Shown here: positions 35,749-44,174 of the stretch, piece by piece | Numbering within the stretch: position 1 is the stretch's first letter | How the letters are laid out: every line of letters begins with the position of its first letter | Origin: Candidatus Acidiferrum sp. | GTDB lineage: Bacteria > Acidobacteriota > Terriglobia > Acidiferrales > UBA7541 | DNA: 64,000 nucleotides | Reading direction: 5' to 3' | Assembly: GCA_035262705.1 (NCBI GenBank) | Contig: DATFSI010000009.1 | Coordinates: 3-64,002 of the forward strand | The notes under the pieces: model-generated | Seen by the model: the letters and a program-made list of their open reading frames with translations, nothing else | Database searches by the model: none | What the model was told of the DNA's origin: nothing | Translations under genes and position numbers: made by a program

Positions 35749-36759
35749 ATGCCGCAGGTCGTGCGCTTCCATCAACTGGGAGGCCCTGAGGTTTTACAGG
35801 TCGAAGAACTTCCTTTACAGGATCCGCAGGCGGGAGAAGTTCGCATAAAGGTGCAAGCCATCGGACTGAATCGCGCGGAAGCGATGTTCCGGTTAGGACA
35901 ATACCTGGAGCAGCCAGAATTCCCTTCCCGGCTGGGAATTGAAGCCGCGGGAATCGTAGACGCGGTCGGCGCCGGGGTTATGAATGTGAAGGCGGGCGAC
36001 AAAGTCAGCGTCGCCACCGGGCAATCGATTGCGGAATATGGTACCTACGGCGAATTCGCCGTGGTGCCCGCCATTTCCGCCGTTCCCTATCCTGCGAATT
36101 TGACGCCCGAAGAAGCGGCTTCGGTTTGGGTGCAATACCTGACGGCTTATTTCGCCTTCGTGGATATGGCAGGTCTAAAAACGGGGCAGTCGGTGTTGAT
36201 CACGGCGGCCACAGGCGGCGCGGGTTTGGGGGCCATCGAAATGGCCCGCATCCTTGGCGCGACTTCCATCGCCACAACGCGTTCCGCTGCGAAAAAAGAT
36301 GCGCTGTTAAAAGCCGGCGCGGATCACGTGATTGTCGGCAACGAGAATTTCGCTGACCGCGTGAAAGAGGTTATGGGCGGCAAGGGCGCTGAGGTCATTT
36401 TTGATCCCATCGCCGGCGACACACTTCCTATATTGGCCGAATCGGTTGCCTGGGGAGGCCACATTATTTTGTACGGAGCTTTGCAAGGGGCGCAGACGGC
36501 CTATCCGCTTTGGACGGCGTTTTTGCGCAATTTTACCCTGCAAACCTACATGGTCTACAATTTCACCGGCCTCGCAACTCTCGGACTTCGACGCAATGAA
36601 GAAGCGATGGCGCGCGCGGTGGCCTTCATCACCCAGCAACTCCGTGAGGGCCGATTGAAGCCCAGGATCGATAGGACTTTCCCACTCGCAAAAATCCGCG
36701 AAGCGCACGCTTACATGGAATCGAACCAGCAGTTCGGCAAGATTGTGGTGACTGTTTAG
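35749..36759 (+). CDS. MDR-family NAD(P)H:quinone oxidoreductase-like protein
   Basis: GLNRAE, RLGIEAAG, ITAATGGAGL, AHAYMESNQQFGKIVV; no catalytic zinc ligands seen. Confidence 0.88.
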   Translation: MPQVVRFHQLGGPEVLQVEELPLQDPQAGEVRIKVQAIGLNRAEAMFRLGQYLEQPEFPSRLGIEAAGIVDAVGAGVMNVKAGDKVSVATGQSIAEYGTYGEFAVVPAISAVPYPANLTPEEAASVWVQYLTAYFAFVDMAGLKTGQSVLITAATGGAGLGAIEMARILGATSIATTRSAAKKDALLKAGADHVIVGNENFADRVKEVMGGKGAEVIFDPIAGDTLPILAESVAWGGHIILYGALQGAQTAYPLWTAFLRNFTLQTYMVYNFTGLATLGLRRNEEAMARAVAFITQQLREGRLKPRIDRTFPLAKIREAHAYMESNQQFGKIVVTV

Positions 36760-36792
36760 CCGTAAGCTTTGTTTGCAGTTGGCGTGCTGCGA

Positions 36793-37665
36793 TCAGAGGT
36801 CGCAACGTAAGTCGTCGCCGGCGGGCTCGATCAGCAGGTTGTCGATGAGGCGGGTCTTGCCGATGAAGACTGCGAGTAGGGCGTAGCAGCGGCGCGATAC
36901 GCGCACCACCGCCTCGAACGTTTCCGCGTCCACAATTTCGGCGTAATCGACGCGGGCGCGCGGCTCGCTTTTCAGGATCTTCTGCATAGCCCCTTGCAAG
37001 TGCGGCGCATCTCGCACACCTGCAGCAATTTCGTGTTCCGCGGCGCGCAGGGCGCGCACCAGGACCGTGGCAGCTTTGCGGTCGGCGGCATCCAGGTAAG
37101 TATTCCGCGAGCTCATGGCCAAGCCATCGGACTCGCGGGCGATAGGGCAAACGACGATCCCCACATCGAGGTTGAGGTCGCGCGCCATCTGCTGAACGAT
37201 GCGCACTTGCTGCGCATCTTTGCGGCCGAAATAGGCGTAATGCGGCTGGACGATCTCGAACAGCTTCATAACAACGGTCGAAACGCCCCGGAAATGGCCA
37301 GCACGCGACTTGCCCTCGAGACGCTCACTCAGCCCCTCGACGTGCACATAGGTGGAAAATCCCGGCGGATAAATCTCCGCCGACTCAGGCAGAAACAGTC
37401 CGTCTACTTTTGCAGCGGTTAGCTTCTCCACGTCCGTTTTGAGTGGCCGCGGGTAGCGCGACAAATCTTCGTTGGCAGCGAATTGTTTGGGATTAAGAAA
37501 AATGGACGCGTAGACCGGCGAGCATTCACGCTTGGCACGTTCCACCAGCGCCATGTGCCCGGCGTGCAGCGCGCCCATCGTGGGCACCAAGCCGATGATT
37601 CGCTGCTCCTGGCGCGCCGCGTGCGACTTTTCTTTCATCCAGGCTACGGTTCGGATGGTTTCCAT
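36793..37665 (-). CDS. panC: Pantoate--beta-alanine ligase
   Basis: VPTMGALHAGH, SIFLNPKQF, RAGHFRGV, YFGRKDAQQ, GLAMSSRN, RLIDN; start at METIRTV. Confidence 0.95.
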   Translation of the reverse strand: METIRTVAWMKEKSHAARQEQRIIGLVPTMGALHAGHMALVERAKRECSPVYASIFLNPKQFAANEDLSRYPRPLKTDVEKLTAAKVDGLFLPESAEIYPPGFSTYVHVEGLSERLEGKSRAGHFRGVSTVVMKLFEIVQPHYAYFGRKDAQQVRIVQQMARDLNLDVGIVVCPIARESDGLAMSSRNTYLDAADRKAATVLVRALRAAEHEIAAGVRDAPHLQGAMQKILKSEPRARVDYAEIVDAETFEAVVRVSRRCYALLAVFIGKTRLIDNLLIEPAGDDLRCDL

Positions 37666-37670
37666 GCAGA

Positions 37671-38180
37671 CTAAGCGCCGGCGGCGGTGGCGCGTTCGCG
37701 ATAGAAGTGCATCAGGTCGGTGAGAATCGGCTGCGCGTTCAGCTGGCGGAGCAGCGTGGTCGATTGGCCCCGATGGTAGGTTCCGTGATTCACCACGTGC
37801 TGCATCGATTGCCAAAGCGGATTGCGGTAGACCCCGAATTTCAGCGTTTTGTATTCCATCACGCGATTGAGATCGTCCTGCGTGAGATTACCTACAAAGG
37901 CGAGGAGGCGGGCTTCAAGTTGGAGCCATTTCTCGCGGAGGCGTGGCACATCCTGGAATTGCGTGACGTCCGGCAGACTGCCCGGGGAACGCCCCTCGAA
38001 GCGCTCCAGCCATATCCATTCCGCGCCATAGATATGTGCGAGCGTGTCGCGCAGGGAGCCGAAGCTCGAGCCCATCGGGCGCAGGAATTCTTCCGTAGTG
38101 ATCTTGGATGCGGCTTCGAGGTGCCGGCGGTTGGCCCAGGCGTTGTAGTCGTACAGCACGCGCATTTCTTCCGGTGTCAT
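37671..38180 (-). CDS. DinB family protein
   Basis: SLRDTLAHIYGAEWIW and HVVNHGTYHRGQ His motifs. Confidence 0.87.
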   Translation of the reverse strand: MTPEEMRVLYDYNAWANRRHLEAASKITTEEFLRPMGSSFGSLRDTLAHIYGAEWIWLERFEGRSPGSLPDVTQFQDVPRLREKWLQLEARLLAFVGNLTQDDLNRVMEYKTLKFGVYRNPLWQSMQHVVNHGTYHRGQSTTLLRQLNAQPILTDLMHFYRERATAAGA

Positions 38181-38228
38181 TTTCCCTCCTGGAGCCTTTC
38201 TCAGGTCACGGAAAAGTGCTTTGCAGAG

Positions 38229-38295
38229 CTTCAGGAGCTGAAGCCCTTATCAAAACGAGGCTCTTGCGCGGGGGCTATCCCCCCAGCTCCTGAAG
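38229..38295. repeat. REP-like inverted repeat element
   Basis: Perfect 12-bp inverted repeat CTTCAGGAGCTG / CAGCTCCTGAAG; first 18 nt match 62033-62050 at 16/18. Confidence 0.65.
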
Positions 38296-38320
38296 ATTCG
38301 GTTTTTTCCGCACGCTCTTT

Positions 38321-39217
38321 CTACCAGTCGCCGTCGGTGTTCACCGGCAATTCGAGTTCTTCCTTCGCTGCGTGCGCGCGATGGTAGGACTCGGCATCCG
38401 ACGGAAAGTTCCCACTCTGCACGTCGGCGCAGTATTCGCGCACGGCTTGGCCAATTCTTTTGCCGACGTTGGTGTAGCGACGCGCGAACTTCGGCGGTTC
38501 GTGGAACGTGAGGCCGATCATGTCGTGCAGGACCAGGATTTGCCCGTCGCAATCCGGGCCGGCGCCGATACCGATGGTGGGAATGCGCAGCGTGCGGGTG
38601 ATCTCCGCGGCCAGTTCGCGCGGGATGCCTTCGAGCACGATGGAAAACGCTCCGGCGGCTTCGACCGCGCGCGCATCGCGCAGCAATTGCTCGGCGCCGC
38701 TTAAGGTTTTCCCCTGCACACGGTAGCCGCCCATGGCGTTCACCGATTGCGGCGTCAAGCCGACGTGACCCATCACGGGAATTTCGGCTTCCGTCAGACG
38801 CGCGATCAGTTCGAGCCGGCGCTCACCGCCCTCCACCTTCACGGCTTCCGCGCCGGACTCCTTCACGAAGCGCACGGCATTACGCAGCGCTTCATTCACG
38901 TCGCTGTGATAAGTGCCGAAGGGCATGTCCGCTATCAGCAGCGCGCGCTGGACGCCACGCCGCGCGGCCTTGGTGTGGTGCAGGGCTTCGTCAAGCGTCA
39001 GCGGCAGTGTGCTGTCGTAGCCCAGCGCCACCATGGCCATGGAATCGCCGACGAGCACGACATCCACGCCCGCTTCGTCAACGATGCGCGCGGTGGGATA
39101 GTCGTAGGCCGTGAGGCAGGTGATCTTTTTGTTAGGGAAATTGGCAGCCTGGGATTTGCGCTGCAACAATTCGGGAACGGTGATTTTCGCGGCGTTCCCC
39201 TTGAAATGGACGCTCAT
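38321..39217 (-). CDS. panB: 3-methyl-2-oxobutanoate hydroxymethyltransferase
   Basis: LTAYD, LVGDS, ADMPF, AVKVEGG, GHVGLTPQS, IGIGAG.CDGQ.LV.HD. Confidence 0.96.
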   Translation of the reverse strand: MSVHFKGNAAKITVPELLQRKSQAANFPNKKITCLTAYDYPTARIVDEAGVDVVLVGDSMAMVALGYDSTLPLTLDEALHHTKAARRGVQRALLIADMPFGTYHSDVNEALRNAVRFVKESGAEAVKVEGGERRLELIARLTEAEIPVMGHVGLTPQSVNAMGGYRVQGKTLSGAEQLLRDARAVEAAGAFSIVLEGIPRELAAEITRTLRIPTIGIGAGPDCDGQILVLHDMIGLTFHEPPKFARRYTNVGKRIGQAVREYCADVQSGNFPSDAESYHRAHAAKEELELPVNTDGDW

Positions 39218-39329
39218 GTCGGCCTCCGGTGCCCTTCCCTGACCTCGGGATAGAGCCCTCGCGCGAACACCTCAACTATAACAAATTGTGTTGCAGGGCA
39301 CCATGATTTGTGATTCGCGGGCGACGGGC

Positions 39330-42300
39330 TTATTTTTGACTGCCCACTTGAACGATGCGGGGGTCGAGGTTCCAGCCGCGGAGGCCGAGGGAGATGCCGG
39401 ACTGAGCGGAGGTTTTTGAATATTCGATAATGATTTCCTTGTTTTCACCAGGTAACAAAGAAACGTAATTGTCGCTGTAGTAGGCAGGAAGGACGCGGGC
39501 TTTTCCGGCAGCGTCGAGCAGGGTCAGCTTAAGCTGCAGAGCGGCACTCGTTCCCGTGTTTTCGAGCGTGACTTTCACCCGCGAGTGTTTTTCCTCTTCG
39601 GCGGCGCGCAGCGTGGCCTTGATTTGCGCCTTGCTGAGGCGGTTTAGCTTGCGGTAATCGGCGTTACTGCCGGCGAGCCAATAAAAATTGTTGGAAAGCA
39701 GCGCGCCATTGGAGTCTCGCAATTCCAGTTTTAAGAGAGCCGCATTGCCGTTGAGGTGTTGGGCGAGATCGAGGGCGAAGAATTGCGTCGCGCCGGTGGG
39801 CGCGTCTTTCTTTTCTTCGTGCTCCGTCAGCAGCTTGTTTTCGAGCGAATAGAGGCGGGCACGCGCCGTGAGCGCGGCTTTTATGTCCGGCAGAGAATTG
39901 ACGACCTCGATCGAGGTGTTCGAAGGATCGAATTGCACGTGCAGCGGCTCGCTGCCCTTCTTTGTGCCGTAGAACGAGGCCTGCGTGTCGTAGTCCGCAC
40001 TGAAGATCTGCCAGGTGGAACTGGGCCACGCGGGCTGCGTCATCCAGAGCATGCGTCCGCTGTTCGGCGCCCAGAGGTGCGCGTTCATGCCTTCGAAGAT
40101 GGCGCGGTGCTGCACGTAGTTGAGCATCTGTGCCTTGCGCTCGAAATCAGCGAGGCTTGTCGGCGCGCCGAATTCTTTCTCGATTTCGGCCATGAAGGCA
40201 GACATTGCGCCGTTTCCACCCTGGTGCCAGTCGTGATAGGCCCAGTCGTCGCTGATGGGCCAAAGATCTTCCTTCGGCAGCCAGGCTTGCCACATTTCGA
40301 GCGTCGGAAATGAGGGCGTGCCGGTCTCCACGGAGAAACCATGATTTAGCTCGGTGAAATACAGCTTGGGGTCGACGTAGAAATAAGGGCCGCTGGCCTG
40401 CAGGTTCACCTGGTTGGAGGTCGGTGTGTAATAGCGCGTGCCGTCGATGGTGCGAATCAATTCGTCCAAGCCTTCGTTGAGCATGGGCTGCGGTACGCCT
40501 TCGTTGCGGCCGCACCATACGGCAATCGAAGGATGATTGCGAAAGCGCAAGAGCGTGTCGCGGACGTTTTTCAGAAACAAAGCGGGGTCTTCCGGTTCGA
40601 TGTTGTAGTTCTGCGTGGAGGCCCAGAAATCGTTCCACACCAGCAGGCCGTATTCGTCGGCCAGTTCGTAGAAGGCTTCTTCCGTGCTTTGGCCGACCCA
40701 GTTTCGGATGATGTTGACGTTAGCGTCCCGGTGCAGGCGGAAATAAGGTTCGAGGCGCTCGCGGGAGACGCGCTTGCGCGAGTCGTCCATGCCCCAACTG
40801 CCCCCGCGCGCGGCAATGCGCACGCCGTTGACGCGAATGGTAAGGAACGGTGTTGCTCGCGTGTCTTCCACCGGCTTGACCGCTGGGGATTTCTCCATGC
40901 CGGGACGCAGTGAGGCCACCCACCATTTCCAGCCGTCCTTCCACTCTCCGGGAAAAACGGAGGGATAGGGATCGGTTGAGGGCACGTTGCGAATGCCGTT
41001 GTGGGTGACGTCCACGACCTGCTGGTTGAGGGCACGGGCGGCGGACGGCGAATAATTTACTCGGTCGAGCTTGCCGTTGCTATCAAGCAGGCTGATTTCG
41101 TAGGTGAGTTCGCGAATGCCGAAACGGAGTTGTCTGGCGTCGGACGATTTGCCGTCAACCGCCACATCGAGCTTCAGCGTGTACAGTTCTGGCTTGCCGT
41201 AGCCGTTGGGCCACCAAAGGCGGGGATGCTGCACGTTTAGCTGCGGAAATTCCGCTGGTGTCAGCTTGAGTTCGGTTTTTCCGGGTACAAGCGAGATGCT
41301 TTTGGAAAGCGTCACGCCTTCAAACGCTGCGGTCAGCGTGGCGCTCACAGTCGCACTGGTCGCGTTCTCGAGCGGCACTGTCAATTCCACAGCCGCGCGG
41401 CTGGTGTCCGGTAGCGGAAGCTTCGTCACGACTTGAGGATCGCCGATGCGCACGGCGCTGGTGGCGCGCACGGTAACCCCTTGCCAGATCCCCGTGTCGC
41501 GATCGCGGATGCCGGGAATCCAGTCCCAGCCTTCGGTGTCCACGAACGTGGGGCCGTCAAGGCACATCATGCCGCCGTTCTCGCCGGCGCCCGCGCGCAG
41601 GCTTTGCTCGTGGGGAATGCCGGGATGCGGCGGAGGAGAAACGCGCACGGCCAGCACATTCTTCGCGCCGGGCTGGATGGCATCGGTCACATCAAAGACG
41701 CCGCGAATAAACGCGCCGCGGATTGTGCCCAGTTCCTTTCCGTTCAGCCAAACCGCGGCCATATAGTTGATGCCTTCAAACGTGAGCTTGAGGCGTTCAC
41801 CTTTCCAATCGTTGGGAGCCGTGAATTCGCTGCGGTACCAGTAATCCTGCTTGTTCAGCGTTTCGGGAATGGCCAGATTGTTCAGGCCGAAGTCGGGATC
41901 GGGATAAACGCCTTGCGCAACCATGGTTGTGAGCACGGTGCCGGGAACCACGGCGTCCCACCAACCGCTGGCGTCGTAGCTGGATTGCGAAAGCGCGTCA
42001 CCGCTTTCCGGAACATCGGGCGCAGGCCGCAGTTTCCAGCGGCCGCTGATCGTCGACATATGCGCGTCGCCCGCGACGACACCGTTTTCGGTATGCGGCA
42101 CGGGTGATTTTTGGGGTGCGGAAAAGGCCGCTTTGGTCTTGGGCATCAATTCCGGATCTTGCGGAGCGCGATAGCCGTCCTGCTCGCGTGTCTGCACCGG
42201 CCAGGGTTTGGAGCCCTCTTCGTAGAGCAACGTCGAGAAGGCCGGTGGCTTTCCTGCGAGTTCCTTGAACTCGTCCGAGTTGAGCGTGCGCCGCACCAGC

Positions 42301-42848
42301 GTGACGCCGGCCATTTTTCCGGCGAAATGGTGGTTGTCCTGCACAGGGAATTGCGCGGGGGCGATTTGCAGCAGCGGGGTCACACGGCCGAAGTCAAGCT
42401 TCCCTTCGGCAACCTGCGCACCTTCGGCATACAAGCGAAACACCTGGCCGTCAAAAGTTGCGCCGACGAGATGCCATTCGCCGGGAGCCAGCTTTGCATT
42501 CCCGGAAAAACCTAGATCCTTGCCGCCCCAATAGGCCAACTTGTCACCATCCACTCCGATGTAGCGCCCATATTCGGCATCCCACTCTCCGATACCCAGC
42601 AGCAAGATTGCGCTCTTGGGGGTCTCGTCCGTGCGGACCCAGGCCCAGAGGCTCCACGGCGAATCCGCGCGGAGCACGGTGTCCGTCTTGAGAATCTGTT
42701 TTTTCAAGCCGTCACCGCCCGCGAGAAAAGTTCCATTGTAGGGGCCGTACTGCGGCGGGTCGTTGGTGGGAATTTCAATCTGGGCGGCAAGGCGAGGAGC
42801 AAAGATAGATGCAAGCAGGAAGAACAGACTGGCGAGTATGTTTTTCAT
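39330..42848 (-). CDS. Secreted GH2 glycoside hydrolase (beta-mannosidase/exo-beta-glucosaminidase subgroup) with N-terminal LamG-like domain
   Basis: Signal peptide, LamG-like WHLVGATFDG..LYAEG, FEGINY.A.VWLNG, RFGIR, IRNWVGQ, WCGRNE, SVETG. Confidence 0.85.
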   Translation of the reverse strand: MKNILASLFFLLASIFAPRLAAQIEIPTNDPPQYGPYNGTFLAGGDGLKKQILKTDTVLRADSPWSLWAWVRTDETPKSAILLLGIGEWDAEYGRYIGVDGDKLAYWGGKDLGFSGNAKLAPGEWHLVGATFDGQVFRLYAEGAQVAEGKLDFGRVTPLLQIAPAQFPVQDNHHFAGKMAGVTLVRRTLNSDEFKELAGKPPAFSTLLYEEGSKPWPVQTREQDGYRAPQDPELMPKTKAAFSAPQKSPVPHTENGVVAGDAHMSTISGRWKLRPAPDVPESGDALSQSSYDASGWWDAVVPGTVLTTMVAQGVYPDPDFGLNNLAIPETLNKQDYWYRSEFTAPNDWKGERLKLTFEGINYMAAVWLNGKELGTIRGAFIRGVFDVTDAIQPGAKNVLAVRVSPPPHPGIPHEQSLRAGAGENGGMMCLDGPTFVDTEGWDWIPGIRDRDTGIWQGVTVRATSAVRIGDPQVVTKLPLPDTSRAAVELTVPLENATSATVSATLTAAFEGVTLSKSISLVPGKTELKLTPAEFPQLNVQHPRLWWPNGYGKPELYTLKLDVAVDGKSSDARQLRFGIRELTYEISLLDSNGKLDRVNYSPSAARALNQQVVDVTHNGIRNVPSTDPYPSVFPGEWKDGWKWWVASLRPGMEKSPAVKPVEDTRATPFLTIRVNGVRIAARGGSWGMDDSRKRVSRERLEPYFRLHRDANVNIIRNWVGQSTEEAFYELADEYGLLVWNDFWASTQNYNIEPEDPALFLKNVRDTLLRFRNHPSIAVWCGRNEGVPQPMLNEGLDELIRTIDGTRYYTPTSNQVNLQASGPYFYVDPKLYFTELNHGFSVETGTPSFPTLEMWQAWLPKEDLWPISDDWAYHDWHQGGNGAMSAFMAEIEKEFGAPTSLADFERKAQMLNYVQHRAIFEGMNAHLWAPNSGRMLWMTQPAWPSSTWQIFSADYDTQASFYGTKKGSEPLHVQFDPSNTSIEVVNSLPDIKAALTARARLYSLENKLLTEHEEKKDAPTGATQFFALDLAQHLNGNAALLKLELRDSNGALLSNNFYWLAGSNADYRKLNRLSKAQIKATLRAAEEEKHSRVKVTLENTGTSAALQLKLTLLDAAGKARVLPAYYSDNYVSLLPGENKEIIIEYSKTSAQSGISLGLRGWNLDPRIVQVGSQK

Positions 42849-42911
42849 GGTGGTTGTGGTTTCCCGGAGCCTGAGTGGGTTGGGCCCGGAGAGATATTTC
42901 TACAATCCCGC

Positions 42912-44141
42912 TCAGGGTTGCAAGATGTTTTCCCGTGCATCGCGGGAAGACTCGGCTTGCCGCAGAGTCATTTCGCGTTGGGGCCTCGGCGGCGCTTGTG
43001 CGCGGCCCTTCCACTGGCCGCCGCGGCCCATCCAATAACGCAGCGCGGAAAGCCAGGTGGAGTAGGAATAGAAAAGCGCGGCGACGGGCAACGCGGGTGC
43101 CCAAAGCGGAGACAACCCGTAGAACCGCACCGTCGGCAAATAGGTGAGGGTCATCAACGCCCACCCCGACAAACTCATTCGCCACACCGCGGGATACGGG
43201 CTGAAGGTGAAAAGCACGGGGACACCGTATGTGAGAAACATGCCCAGCAGAGCACCGGCCAGCAGAACCGGCGAGTAGCCTAGCTGCGTGTAGGCGGTGC
43301 GCGAGATCATGTCGCGAATTTCCGCGAAGGTTGCGTATCCGCGGAGGCTTACGCTTTTTCGAGTGAGGCCGAGCCAAGGTTTCCCGCCGCTTTGTTTCAC
43401 GGCAATGGCCAGCGAGCAATCGTCAATCACTTCGCCGCAAATGCGGGCGAAACCGCCGATGCGCTCGAGGGCTTCACGCTTGAGCAGCACACAGCCGCCA
43501 GCGGCTCCAGCCGTTCGCGATCTCCCGTTTGCAACCCATTTGGGCGGGTACAGTTTGAGGAAGAAATAAAGGAACGCGGGAATCAGCAGCTTTTCCGCCA
43601 GGGACTTTGTCTCCAGCAACACCATCAGGGAGACCATGTCCAGGCGGTGCGTCTCGGCGCGACTCATCAAGCGGCTCAGCGTGTCGGGGGCTTGCCGGAT
43701 GTCGGCGTCGGTGAACCAGAAATAATCCGCAGCGTGTTTGCGGGCGTGCTCCACACCTTGTTGCATAGCCCAGAGCTTCCCTGTCCACCCAGGGGGCAAC
43801 GTTTCCGCGGCGATAACCCCGACGCGGTCGTCAGCGGCCGCGCGCCGTGCAGCTTCCCAGGCCAACTGTGCGGTTGTGTCCTCGCTGTGGTCGTCCACCA
43901 CAACGATGCGCAGTTCGCCGGGGTATTCCTGCGCCAGCATCGCTTCTACGGTTTGCGCGATGGCTTGCGCTTCATTGCGCGCGGGCAGAATCGCGGTGAC
44001 ACGGGGCCAATTTGCGAGGGGTTCCGGCTTGTGCAGGTCGTCGTCGAACGCACGGAGATGCCAGAATTCGCCGCGCGCAAACGTCAGCACCACCCAGATG
44101 AGAAAAGAGACGGCGGCCAGAATGAATGAGAGCCAGGGCAC
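42912..44141 (-). CDS. hpnB: Hopanoid-associated GT2 glycosyltransferase
   Basis: ILPARNEA, VVVDDHSED.T, GWTGKLWAM, FTDADI, IDDCSLA, WKGR. Confidence 0.8.
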   Translation of the reverse strand: MPWLSFILAAVSFLIWVVLTFARGEFWHLRAFDDDLHKPEPLANWPRVTAILPARNEAQAIAQTVEAMLAQEYPGELRIVVVDDHSEDTTAQLAWEAARRAAADDRVGVIAAETLPPGWTGKLWAMQQGVEHARKHAADYFWFTDADIRQAPDTLSRLMSRAETHRLDMVSLMVLLETKSLAEKLLIPAFLYFFLKLYPPKWVANGRSRTAGAAGGCVLLKREALERIGGFARICGEVIDDCSLAIAVKQSGGKPWLGLTRKSVSLRGYATFAEIRDMISRTAYTQLGYSPVLLAGALLGMFLTYGVPVLFTFSPYPAVWRMSLSGWALMTLTYLPTVRFYGLSPLWAPALPVAALFYSYSTWLSALRYWMGRGGQWKGRAQAPPRPQREMTLRQAESSRDARENILQP

Positions 44142-44174
44142 GGGCTTATTGTGCCGCGAAACGTGTGCGCCGCG

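Noticed and set aside
36793-39217. panB-panC without panD, interrupted by dinB
   Set aside because: panD is often elsewhere or replaced; ordinary variation.
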